Shown here in pieces: positions 26,539 through 38,090 of a stretch of 64,000 nucleotides of DNA. Below the pieces are notes generated by a model. It had not been told where the DNA came from. It worked only from the letters and a program-made list of their open reading frames with translations, and ran no database searches. Made by a program: the position numbers and the translations under genes. The stretch's first letter is position 1, and every line of letters starts with the position of its first letter. Origin of the DNA: Octopus sinensis (taxonomy: Eukaryota); contig NC_042997.1 of NCBI RefSeq assembly GCF_006345805.1, forward strand, positions 163,494,001 through 163,558,000. Direction: 5' to 3'.

Positions 26539-26700
26539 ATGTCAATGTGAATCCCACAAACAATAGCGACAAATGCAGAATATGTGGTGAGAAGGGTGAA
26601 ATGGCATGGCACATCATTAGTGAATGCTTGAAATTGGCACAACACGAATACAAAAGATATCATAATAATGTGGCAAGAATGATCCATTGGGAGCTCTGTA
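26539..26700 (+). mobile_element. R4/Dong CCHC zinc-knuckle segment, inverted relative to the adjacent RLE part
   Basis: CRICGEKGEMAWHIISECLKLAQHEYKRYHNNVARMIHWELC. Confidence 0.88.
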
Positions 26701-26726
26701 GAAATAATAATAATGATAATAATAAT

Positions 26727-26758
<32 letters not shown>

Positions 26759-26807
26759 ATTATTATTATTATTATTATTATTATTATCATTATCATCATC
26801 ATCATCA

Positions 26808-26865
<58 letters not shown>

Positions 26866-26984
26866 GTTTTTTTGAACACTGGGGTCAATGTAATCAACTT
26901 AATCTCTCCCCCAAATTTGCTGGCCTTGTGCCAAAATTTGAAACCATTACTACTACTACTACTACTACTACCATTACCACCACC

Positions 26985-27031
<47 letters not shown>

Positions 27032-27121
27032 CACCACCACCACCACCACCACCACACCACCACTGCCACCGCCGCCACCACCACCACCACCACCACCACC
27101 ACCACCACCACCACCACCACC

Positions 27122-27167
<46 letters not shown>

Positions 27168-27180
27168 TCATTATTTCCTT
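26701..27180 (+). repeat. Mosaic trinucleotide microsatellite (AAT/CAT/TAT then TAC/CAC/CGC) containing a SINE C 3' piece at 26873-26945
   Basis: Directly visible. Confidence 0.93.
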
Positions 27181-27506
27181 TTTTTTATTTTTGAACATTG
27201 ACAATGTATTGTCAGCTATATATAACATATGTCTCCCAAATCATCTTAATTGTCATCTTTTTGTTGTACTTTGTTTACAACATTTAGAATATTTAGCAAG
27301 TATGTTATTACATATGCATACGGCATTCTAAAGTTATTCTAAGGTGTTTGCATTTTAAATAGTAACAGCTAAAAATACTTCCCTCCTGCTTTCAACCATG
27401 TACTCTTAACCAGCATGTGTGCTTTCTTGGTCTTTTACTCCCCTCAGAGAATTCCCTGAATATAACTGCTACTTTTTAAGCCTTTAGTTGGTAATAGAGT
27501 GAGTGA

Positions 27507-27570
<64 letters not shown>

Positions 27571-27664
27571 TGTGTGTGTGTGTGTGTCTGTGTGTGTGTG
27601 TGGTGTGTGTGTGTGTGTGTGTGCACACGTGCATTTGTAAATAGATGTAGATGCAAGATGGTTG

Positions 27665-28012
27665 TATATTCTTTTGTTCTTTTACTTGTTTCAGTCATTT
27701 GACTGAGGCCATGCTGGAGCAACACCTTAGAAAGTTTTTAATCAAAGAAATCGACCCCAGGACTTAAGCCTAGTACTTATTCTATTGGTCTTTTTTGCTG
27801 AGCTGTTAGGTTACGGGGATGTAAACACATCAACATCAGTTGTCAAGTGATGACGGGAGGACAAACACAGACACAAAGACACACACAAATACATAGACAT
27901 ACATACATATATATATATATATTATATATATATATATATTATATATATATATATATATGTATACACACACACACACATATATATATATATAATAGCACAC
28001 ACACATATTTAT

Positions 28013-28063
<51 letters not shown>

Positions 28064-28216
28064 AATGGGCTTCTTTTAGTTTCTGTCTACCAAATCCACT
28101 CACAAGGCTTTGGTTGGCTTGAGGCTATAACAGAAGACACTTGCCTCAGCTGTCACACAGTGGGACCGAACCCAGAACCATGTGGTTGTGAAGCAAGTTT
28201 CTTACCATGCAGCCTC
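27665..28216 (-). mobile_element. SINE family A, full length, with expanded TA/CA middle
   Basis: Tail tcttttacttgtttcagtc at left and head reverse complement at right. Confidence 0.85.
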
Positions 28217-28504
28217 ACCTATAAAAATAATTTTCTAATTATTTGTATGCACACATGTAATCACTTATTATTTATATGCACATATTTTAATATTTGTTTA
28301 CTCACATTTGAAATTAATCCATCTCAAGTACATGGAAAGTTGTCATTTACTAGAATATATAACGATGGTAGAGCTAGTTTAGTTTCTCACAAGGTTTTTA
28401 AGTTTTGATACTGTTGGACTCAACTTTGCTTGTTATTCACCTAAATTCAATCAATTAGTACCAGAAACGCAAATGGATTAATTAAATTATATTATGTTGC
28501 CATA

Positions 28505-28964
28505 CACGGTCGTGGTAGTAAGCTTACCTCCCAACCACATGGTTTGGGGTTCAGTCCCACTGCATGATACCTTGAGTAAATGTCTTTTAATGTAGCCTCA
28601 GGTCAACCAAAGCCTTGTGAGTGGATTTATTAGATGAAAACTGAAAGAAGCCTGTCCTATATATGTATATGTCCCCTACTTTACTCCTATACTTAGCGGT
28701 CATTTGAATAGCTCTTTTGTCTTAATAACGGTCAATCACACAGTGATTTCCCTTTGTATAATGGTCATTTTTCATAGCATTTTTCCGATGTCCGGATAGC
28801 TGAAGAGATGGCGGCGTAGATTTCCACCTCGGCATCCGAAACTCGGAGTTTTATCATGGCTACCAAATAATTGTCACATATTACATTTACAGATAAATTC
28901 CTCTATTTACATAATATCGAGGTCTCTTTCTTTCTTTTGTTGTCTTACCGTTTTTATCAATATG

Positions 28965-28995
<31 letters not shown>

Positions 28996-29140
28996 ATGTT
29001 TGTTCCCCTCCTCCCACCGCTTGACAACCAGTGCTGGTGTGTTTACATCCCCATAACTTAGTGGTTTGGTAAAAGAGACAGATAGAATAAAAACCAGGTT
29101 TTAAAAAATAAGTGCTGAGATTGATACATTCAACTAAATA
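28505..29140 (+). mobile_element. SINE family A split by a ~290-bp insert (28672-28961)
   Basis: Head 28505-28660; 3' half from ~28965. Confidence 0.82.
28792..28859 (+). ncRNA. Type I hammerhead ribozyme motif (Penelope pLTR-like), probably slightly mutated
   Basis: CUGAAGA 28800-28806; stem II GAUG/CAUC; GAAA 28838-28841; short palindromic stem III (AACUC-G-GAGUU); GUU triplet 28848-28850; stem I GAUAG/UUAUC. Confidence 0.68.
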
Positions 29141-29834
29141 TTCTGTCCAGTAATACATAAAATAATTGTCCTTATGAGGAAATCTAGTTATACAATCTAT
29201 TTTATTTTTTTATTCTTATTAAAAATTCCGTGGTAAATAAAATGCTACCACAACTATTGTTTGTAGGATTCACATTGACATACTAAGTTAATATCAAATT
29301 CATTTGGGATAGCCTTAGCCAGCTACCAACCAAAGTTTTGAAGAACCTAGCCCGAAATATAAGCTCATTGCCCTTTCTTCTGTTGTTGTTATTGATGTTA
29401 TTTATCTTGTTACTGCTATTGTTGTTGTTGTTGTTGTTGTTATTGTCATTGTCCTTTTTATTATTGCTGCTGCTGTTGTCATTATTGGTGCTGATAGTTT
29501 GTTGCTGTTAATGTTTATTGATGGTGAAAGTATTTTTGTTATTGTTGTTGAGGGCTTGATTCTATTGTTAGTAACATTGATTTCTGATACAAGTACAAAA
29601 TCTTAAATTGGCAAGATGGATGCAATTGACAAAACTGGTGATAGTCCGCGATTGATACTTTGCCTTATTGATCCTAGAAAGATGAAAAGCAAAGTTGGCT
29701 TCAATGGGATTTGATTTTGAAAAATAGAGCCATAACTAAATACCACAAGGCATTTTTTTCTGATGCATCAATGATTCTGTCAATCCAGTAAAATGATTGG
29801 CTTATGTTTTAGTGGTTGATATTAGTATTGTTAG

Positions 29835-30250
29835 TAAGGTGATGAGCTGGCAGAATTGTTGGGACACTGTGGAAAATGCTTAACAAGCATTTCATCCATC
29901 TTTATGTTCTGTGTTCAAATTCTACCAATGTTGATTTTTTGCCTTTCATCCTTTCAGAGTTGATAAAATAAGTACCAGTTGAGTTCTGGGGTTGATGTAA
30001 TCAAGTTATTCTTCTTCCAAAATTGCTAGCCTTGTGCCTAAATTTGAATCTGCTAGTAAAGTAGCAAGCTGGTAGAATATTTGGTGCACTGGGCAAAATG
30101 CTTAGCAGCATTTTGTCTGTCTTTATATTCTGAATTCAAATGCTGCTGGGGTTGATTTTGCCTTTTACCCTTTTGAGGCCAATAAAATAAGTACCAGTAG
30201 AGTAGCCCCTTTCCTGAAATTGTTGGCCTTGTGCCAAAACTTGAAACCTT
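29835..30250 (+). mobile_element. Two tandem SINE family C copies (plus an older - copy at ~29585-29770)
   Basis: gagctggcagaattg...ttcaaattc...ccttgtgcc repeated twice. Confidence 0.75.
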
Positions 30251-31149
30251 TATTAGTATAGCTCATTTGGTGTTGCTATTGTTGCTGTTGTTGCTAGTGT
30301 TGCTGGTGCTACTGTTATTGCATTTAGTTTCATTGTTGAATTTCAAATCAGGTTTGATTGATCAGATTAATGATCAAAATTGTTTGAGTCATGACTGTCA
30401 TGCCATCACTCAGACATAGTGTATCTATGATTTTGATATTCAATGTGACTTTTCTTTTTATGATGGTAGGCTGTGATATGAGAGGGGCTACTTAACTGCT
30501 ATTTTTCTCAGAATAAACAACTCTGTACAACAGGATGAAATTTCACCAGCATTCATATTTAAACCCACCTGCTGAAGTTTCTAAAACTCCTAATGAAAAT
30601 ATAATAAAGTTTAAGCCTTAATATCCAAACAGTAATTTGATATTACTGTATACCTATGAATTTGTGAAATTAAAAAGTCATTATTTTTCTCAGAGCAAAT
30701 ATACCTACCACCCTGCCACAAATTTGCAATTCTACTTGATACTAACAGATTTCCTCACCCCTGATGTAGAGGTTTCCTTTTTTGCTCATTGTCAATTAAT
30801 TCTACTGTTGCTGTTGGTGGTGGTTTGATGATCATAAAACATTGAAGATGAAGAAAAGAGAACTACCTACTCATACCAAGAGTAATCCTATACATAGAAC
30901 CAATATATAACAATAACAGAGAAGTGTTAACAAGGCAACAGAGAAGGCTTTTATGTACATTACTGGTGCAGAAAAAGATGGTACTGCTGGTGGTAGTGGT
31001 GGTGGTGGTGGTGGTGGGGTAATGATGTTAAGGGGTAAGATAAAAGATGATAGGAAAGATTAAATAACAATACTTTCTTTCTAGTGGCTATTGTGTTGTT
31101 GATGTTGTTGTTTTTTAATCCAAGGTCAGCTCATATTCAACAAACTTGA

Positions 31150-31500
31150 TTGGCTGTGTGGTAAGTAGCTTGCTAACCAACCACACGGTTGCGGGTTCAG
31201 TCCCACTGCGTAGCATCTTGGGCAAGTGTCTTCTGCTATAGCCCCGGGCCGACCAATGCCTTGTGAGTGGATTTGATAGACGGAAACTGAAAGAAGCCTG
31301 TCGTATATATGTATATATATGTGTATGCGTGTGTCTGTGTTTGTCCCCCTAGCATTGCTTGACAACCGATGCTGGTGTGTTTAGGTCCCCGTCACTTAGC
31401 AGTTCGGCAAAAAGAGACCGATAGAATAAGTACTAAAAGGTGGTGCTCCAGCATGGCCGCAGTCAAATGACTGAAACAAGTAAAAGAGTAAAAGAGAGAG
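31150..31500 (+). mobile_element. SINE family A, young, CpG-retaining
   Basis: Head through the aaaagagtaaaagag tail. Confidence 0.9.
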
Positions 31501-33406
31501 TAGACATTCACTCTAAACTTCTTGTGTTTTGTGGGGCATGTAAGGCTAAATACTTTAGCAAGTTCTTTTCTTATGTTAAAATAGCAAAGTATGTTTTGGG
31601 AATCTGGGGTCTATGGCATAGCTTGTTAGACTATGGAGTGGCACCTAGAAAGTCCCTTTCTAAGGTGCAAGCCTGGGCAAAGCATATTTTTTTATGGAAG
31701 ACCAGCTGTTGCCCATCTATGTAAGCCCCCACTCTCTATGTACTGATGTTATCCAAGACAAAAGCAAGCATGAACCAATTTAGCACTAGTGTTGTTACAA
31801 GCATTGATGCCAGAATGCGAAAAATATTTCAAAGTACATTGACCAGTGCTATAGTGCTATAACAGTTCTACTCAGCTACTATCCAGGACTGGATTTGAAG
31901 GAATTTAATTACTATTTCTAGTAAGTCAAATTAGTGACTAAAGCTGCCTCAAATTTAGTATATTTTGTAGATTTAATAGAATGACATTTATAATAAGGAA
32001 AGTTAAAATATATCTATCAAATAACAACAATAAATAGCTATAAATAATGTCAAATGCATATAGCTATAAATAGATAAATGTATAAATATAGATGAAAACA
32101 AATACCTATAGGGTGAACGTATATCTGTCATTTACATAAAATATATTAAAAGACATGGCTATAAATAGATATATCTATAAATAGGTATAGTTATAAATAG
32201 ATAGTTAAAATATAGTTATCACAGATATATCCTCCTACTTCTCTTTTCCCTCCTCTTCTCCCTCCTCCTCCTCCTCCTCCACATCATCACCACCACTACC
32301 ACCACCACCATAATATTTATGTCTGCTTTGCTATTCTTGCATGGGTTGGACAAATCCTCTCCAACACAGTATCTCATCACTTGCACTCATTGCTTTCCTT
32401 TGTCCTCTCCTTTGCCAGGTTCAGCATCCGGAAGTCAGCCCTCCCCACACTACCTCTTTCTATACCCTTATCTTCCTTGGTCTTTCCTTTCCATTGGTTC
32501 CTTCCGCATGAATCTCCTGTAACCTTTTCACATACTTGTCATTATTATATATAGATTTAGATAAATATAACTGTAAATAGATAGTTAAAATATATTCATA
32601 GAAATAAAAAGTTAGTTAATATATATATTCTATCAAAAATATAGACCTATAAATAAATATAGATATAAACAGATAATTAATTTGTCGATTAATCAATAGT
32701 CTTTTTTTTAATTTTATTTTTCTTCTTTCATATTAAAACCAATCTATGTGTTGAAAAAAATAACTATCACAAAAAAAGGTTGACAATATGTAATTTTGTT
32801 CTTTGCTGTTCTTGATAGTGTCTAACCCTTTAGCCATGAGTGAATTGATCTTTGATCAAAAGCCTTTCGGTTACTGCCATACTTTTTTTTCTTTCATTAA
32901 GCACAGTGAATTCAGGATCACTTTATTTACGGTGCCTTTTGTTTCTTTGATTTTTTTTCAAGCAGGTTAGTGTATCATTAGAGGGATATTTAGCTGCTAT
33001 TTCTCATATGCTAGGCAACTATGTAGAGGTTCCTTTTAGAGGTTTTCAAATAAGATACAGGTGCAAGCCTGGCAATACTACTACTAGAGCTGCTACTTCA
33101 ATAATTATGCATGAACCTGTTAGAATGCATGTTAGACTACTATGAGACTACTCACTATCTACTCTGTTGACACCCCCCACTCCAAGGATAAAAGCAGTAG
33201 TTAACCTTAGTGAATAATTCTAATAGAGTAAAGCTTTTAAATATCATCTATAAATTAGACCATAGCTATTAATTATTAAATTATCTTGTAAACATATTTA
33301 AGCAACATGAGTAAGTGGTAAGATAGTTGTGTGATTAAGGTGTTTGACATATTGTATAAGAGGTCACAATAGGCTTCTTCACGTATTGTGTTTTACCTCA
33401 TAGGCA

Positions 33407-33444
<38 letters not shown>

Positions 33445-34476
33445 TTATTAGCTATAGTCTACCTTGTTGAAAATAGTTGTTGTGCTAACTTTAGAACTGA
33501 GTAGTTATGAAAAAACATCTATCTATTGTTTAAAAACGTTTTAAACAATTCTTATGTACGCATCTAAAATTCATAATTTCAACAAAAATTGTTGTAAATA
33601 TCGAAAAAGGAATAAACATGATACTGAACATAAAGTAGTTCTTTTGATTGATTTATTTATTTATAGGTTTAATTATTTTCTATTACCTTTTGTTAACAAT
33701 AGAGTTGTTGGTTACAAGTTTTCAATGGGTTGGACACCGGTTCACTGCATTCATGCTGGTGAGAGTGACTTAGGATTGTCAGTGCAACTCAGGCAGAACA
33801 AATATCATAAAAGGTCCTGTTTCAATGCACCGGTTTATCGATCTTTCTTTAACGCTGTGTACAACTTTCTGTAAGATATACCAGCAAAAATTATACATTT
33901 CAATACAAACTTATATGTGTACTTATGTATATATATATATATATATATGTACATGTATATGTATATGCATGTGTATGTTTATACACTCTGAAAAATGGTT
34001 GGCGTTAGGTAAGGCATCAAATTCTAGAAATGAAGCCAAAAATGAAGGACTTGAATAAAATGCTATCTCCTCTGCTATTTAGGCAAGCGGTACTCCCAAA
34101 TATGGCTGACTATGGATATGGCAACCAAACCAACCCATGCTCCATAGAAAGTGGGCATAACATGTTGATGATGACAATAATGATGATGATGAATAATGAT
34201 ACTGACGATGATGATGTTGATGACAATGATGATAGTGATGATTAAGCTACTTGTGAAAACAATAGGTGAGAGAAAGATGTATATGAATAATGGATATCCT
34301 GGGCGAAAGGGAGTGAGGGTTGGCAGCATGGACAGGGCAATGGCATGGGTTGGACGGTTGGATGGGTTGGAAGGCTGCACCAGGCTCCAATCTGATCTGG
34401 CAGTTTCTACAGCTGGATGCCCTTCCTAATGCATAGAGAGAGAGAAATTTGTGCTCATATAATATGGATACATATA

Positions 34477-34518
<42 letters not shown>

Positions 34519-34668
34519 TTAACGTCCGCTTTCCATGCTAGCATGGGTTGACGGTTCAACTGGTGTCTGGGGAGCCCGAAGGCTGCACCAGGCCAGTCAG
34601 ATCTGGCAGTGTTTCTACAGCTGGATGCCCTTCCTAACGCCAACCACTCCGAGAGTGTAGTGGGTGAT

Positions 34669-35345
34669 TTTATGTGCCACCGACACAGGTGCCAGACGAG
34701 GCTGGCTAACGGCCACGCTCGGATGGTGTTTTTATGTGCCACCGACACAGGTGCCAGACAAGGCTGGCAGACGACCACGCTCGGATGGTGTTTTTTATGT
34801 GCCACCGACACAGGTGCCAGACGAGACTGGCAAACGGCCACGCTCGGATGGTGTTTTTATGTGCCACCGACACAGGTGCCAGACAAGGCTGGCAGACGAC
34901 CACGCTCGGATGGTGTTTTTATGTGCCACCGACACAGGTGCCAGACAAGGCTAGCAGACGACCACGCTCGGATGGTGTTTTTTTTTATGTGCCACCGACA
35001 CAGGTGCCAGATGAGGCTGGCGAATGGCCACGCTCGGATGGTGTTTTTATGTGCCACCGACACAGGTGTCAGACGAGGCTGGCGAACGGCCACGCTCGGA
35101 TGGTGTTTTTATGTGCCCCCGACACAGGTGCCAGACAAGGCTAGCAGACGACCACGCTCGGATGGTGTTTTTTTTTTTTTTTTTTTTTATTTTTATGTGC
35201 CACCGACACAGGAGCCAGATTAGGCTGGCGATCGGCCACGATTGGATGGTGATTGTTACGTGCCCACAGCATGGAGGCCAGTCGGTGCGGTACTGGCTAC
35301 GCCCACGTTCGGATGGTATTCTTGTGTGCCACCGGCACTGGTACC
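34669..35345 (-). repeat. Tandem array of ~62-bp units in the RTE 3' UTR (9 close copies plus 2 divergent)
   Basis: Unit starts on + at 34672, 34734, 34797, 34859, 34921, 34987, 35049, 35111, 35195, 35258 and 35324. Confidence 0.95.
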
Positions 35346-35494
35346 ACAAAGATACAAATTCCATTGATGTTCATCTATTTTGATTTTGTTTGATTTTCAC
35401 TTGCCTCAACAGGTCTTCACAAGTGTCACAAGAGGGAAGGTATGCACAGGTGGACTGACTACGTCCTAGGTAGGGGCCACGGGTTATGGCCTGA

Positions 35495-36922
35495 CTAGTC
35501 TTGCCGGGTCTTCTCACGCACAGCATACTTCCATAGGTCTCGGTCTCTAGTCATTTCCTTGGTGAGACCTAAAGTTCGTAGGTCGTGCTTCACCACTTCG
35601 TCCCAGGTTTTCCTGGGTCTACCTCTTCCACAGGTTCCCTCAACTGCTAGGGTGTAGCACTTTTGCACACAACTATCTTCAGCCATTCTCGTCATATGAC
35701 CATACCAGCGCAGCCGTCTCTCTTGCACACCACAACTGACGCTTCTTAGGTTCAACTTTTCTCTCAAGGTACTTACACTCTGACGATTATGAACACTGAC
35801 ATTACACATCCATCGGAGCATACTGGCTTCATTTCTTGCGAGCTTACGCATATCCTCAGCAGTCACGGCCCATATTTCACTACCATGTAGCATGGCTGTA
35901 CGTACACATGCATCATAAAGTCTGCCTTTTACTCTGAGCGAGAGGCCTTTTGTCACCAGCAGGGGTAAGAGCTCCCTAAACTTTGCCCAGGCTATTCTTA
36001 CTCTAGCAGTTACACTTTCAGCACACCCACCCCCGCTACTAACTTGGTCTCCAAGGTAGCGGAAGCTATCAACTACTTCTAGTTTGTCTCCCTGGAACGT
36101 GGTAGAAGTTGGTCTCTGCCCATTTCCAGTGTTTATTTCTCCTGAGCATCTGCCACATACGAAAACTATCTTCCCAGTTAGCCTACCTTTGACATTGCTG
36201 CACCTCTTATGTGTCCATAGCTTACACTTGGTGCACCTTATAGAATTTCTACCTACACCTTTTCTACAGATCGAGCAGGGCCATCTACCTGAAGTCGTTT
36301 GTGGTTGGTCCACCTTCCTACTTATTAGGACTTCGGTTTTGGCTAGGTTGATTCTAAGGCCCTTCGACTCTAATCCTTGTTTCCACACCTGAAACTTCTC
36401 CTCCAGTTCTGATAGTGACTCAGCAATTAGAGCAAGGTCATCAGCATATAGGAGCTCCCAGGGGCATCCTGTCTTAAATTCTTCCGTTATTGCCTGGAGG
36501 ACTATGATAAATAGGAGGGGGCTGAGGACTGAACCTTGGTGGATCCCAACCTCTACCCGGAATTCTTCACTGTACTCGTTGCCAACCCTCACCTTACTAG
36601 CTGCGTCTCTGTACATGGCTCGCACAGCTCTCACTAACCATTCATCTATCCCTAGTTTCCTCATTGACCACCAGATAAGGGATCGGGGGACCCTGTCAAA
36701 GGCTTTCTCTAAGTCAACAAAAGCCAGGTACAAGGGCTTACCTTTGGCTAGGTATTTCTCCTGCAGCTGTCTTACCAGGAATATAGCATCAGTAGTACTT
36801 TTCCCTGGCACGAACCCAAACTGCATATCATCTAAGCTAACTCTCTCTCTAATTAACTGGGCTATAACCCTCTCCGTAACCTTCATTACCTGATCCAACA
36901 GCTTGATGCCCCTGTAGTTATT
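35495..36922 (-). CDS. Reverse transcriptase (RTE LINE ORF2, C-terminal ~475 aa, uninterrupted but N-truncated)
   Basis: NYRGIKLL, QFGFVPGKSTTDAIF, FVDLEKAFD, HQGSVLSPLLF, YADD, RRLRWYGH, GRGRPRKTW. The ORF-track start at 37195 is microsatellite read-through. Confidence 0.95.
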   Translation of the reverse strand, partial: NNYRGIKLLDQVMKVTERVIAQLIRERVSLDDMQFGFVPGKSTTDAIFLVRQLQEKYLAKGKPLYLAFVDLEKAFDRVPRSLIWWSMRKLGIDEWLVRAVRAMYRDAASKVRVGNEYSEEFRVEVGIHQGSVLSPLLFIIVLQAITEEFKTGCPWELLYADDLALIAESLSELEEKFQVWKQGLESKGLRINLAKTEVLISRKVDQPQTTSGRWPCSICRKGVGRNSIRCTKCKLWTHKRCSNVKGRLTGKIVFVCGRCSGEINTGNGQRPTSTTFQGDKLEVVDSFRYLGDQVSSGGGCAESVTARVRIAWAKFRELLPLLVTKGLSLRVKGRLYDACVRTAMLHGSEIWAVTAEDMRKLARNEASMLRWMCNVSVHNRQSVSTLREKLNLRSVSCGVQERRLRWYGHMTRMAEDSCVQKCYTLAVEGTCGRGRPRKTWDEVVKHDLRTLGLTKEMTRDRDLWKYAVREKTRQD

Positions 36923-36930
36923 TGCATACA

Positions 36931-36978
<48 letters not shown>

Positions 36979-37042
36979 GGTTATATATATATATATAATA
37001 TATATATATATATGATGATGATGATGATGATGATATATATAT

Positions 37043-37073
<31 letters not shown>

Positions 37074-37639
37074 GTTTGTGTGTGTATATATGTACATACA
37101 CACTCATATACAATTATATTCTTGTGAAAACATATGTAGGATTTTTGTATTAAAGAATAGAGTTCAAAAAAATAAACTTGCCTACCAAAGCTCAAATCTT
37201 TTCAAAAAATTTTGTATATTCTTATATCATATTTTCACAACACTGACTAATAACCATAGAAAACCATGCACATACATGTATACATGCATGCACAGACACA
37301 CACATACAAATACACCAATGATTCTCTAATTTTTTATGCATATTTGATTTTCAGTATACTTTTATCTATAATACATAAATGCAGATGAATAAATATATGC
37401 ACAAAAACACAATTTCTCTCTCTCTCTTTCTCTCTCTCTCTCACTCTCAAACATTAAAATAAACATGTAATGTAATATTGTAATGCTTTTATAGATATGC
37501 ACTAAGGTATATATATTATAATACACACACATATATTGTTGATGAGAAAATACAACATCTGCAAATTTTTTAAAATAAAAATATGTTCATTTTGTTAAAA
37601 TCAAATCATTTATTGAACGGTGATTTAAAAAAAATAAAT

Positions 37640-38090
37640 ACAACATAAGTTTATTTAAAATCAAAATTCATAAATCAATTCTTCTGGTATATTTATTTTG
37701 TAAGTTTTTAATCCTTTTAATTGTACATCCAGAAAGCTGTAAATTGCACCATTCTTCCTGTTTTACCACACAGAGATTTCTTGACTTTTAGAAGTTCTTG
37801 AATTTAGCTCAGTTTTAATGATCTGCATCAATTTTCAATTGTGTTCAGATCTGGAGAAAATTCAGACCAAAAGAAGGATTCTTTCTTTGATAATCTGAGA
37901 GAAATATTTTAACTGATTTTGTGAAATCAACAGGAATCTCATAATCTGCATTGCCAATGAGGAATGGTGAGCAAGCTGTTGTATGAAGAAAAGAAGAAAT
38001 GTTATATGGAATTTCTTGAAATATTATGGCATTTTCTTTACAAAGAATGAGTGGTTGAAAGCTTTCAATATTGAAACAGTCCTTACTATT
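37640..38090 (-). pseudogene. Possible decayed Tc1-like transposase remnant
   Basis: WSEFSPDLNTIEN (37831-37869) resembles the Tc1 WPxxSPDLNPIEN motif; downstream QEEW and RRI-like residues. TIRs not found. Confidence 0.45.

Larger units (their letters stand above)
34477..36923 (-). mobile_element. 5'-truncated RTE-clade LINE with 3' UTR and (TGA)n tail
   Basis: RT ORF, 3' UTR 35494-34519, tail read as (TCA)n on + at 34477-34518; no endonuclease domain present. Confidence 0.95.

Noticed and set aside
31990-32670. Degenerate ataaatagat-rich satellite
   Set aside because: Low-complexity AT-rich decay with no consistent period.
34669-35345. CRISPR array next to a reverse transcriptase
   Set aside because: The variable parts are only two related variants rather than unique spacers, there are no cas genes, the context is eukaryotic, and the array lies in a LINE 3' UTR.
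36084-36893. + strand ORFs of 102 and 129 aa
   Set aside because: Antisense shadows of the RT ORF.
36924-37195. N-terminal ~90 aa of the 566-aa ORF
   Set aside because: It is read-through of (TA)n/(TGA)n microsatellite; RT homology starts at NYRG.
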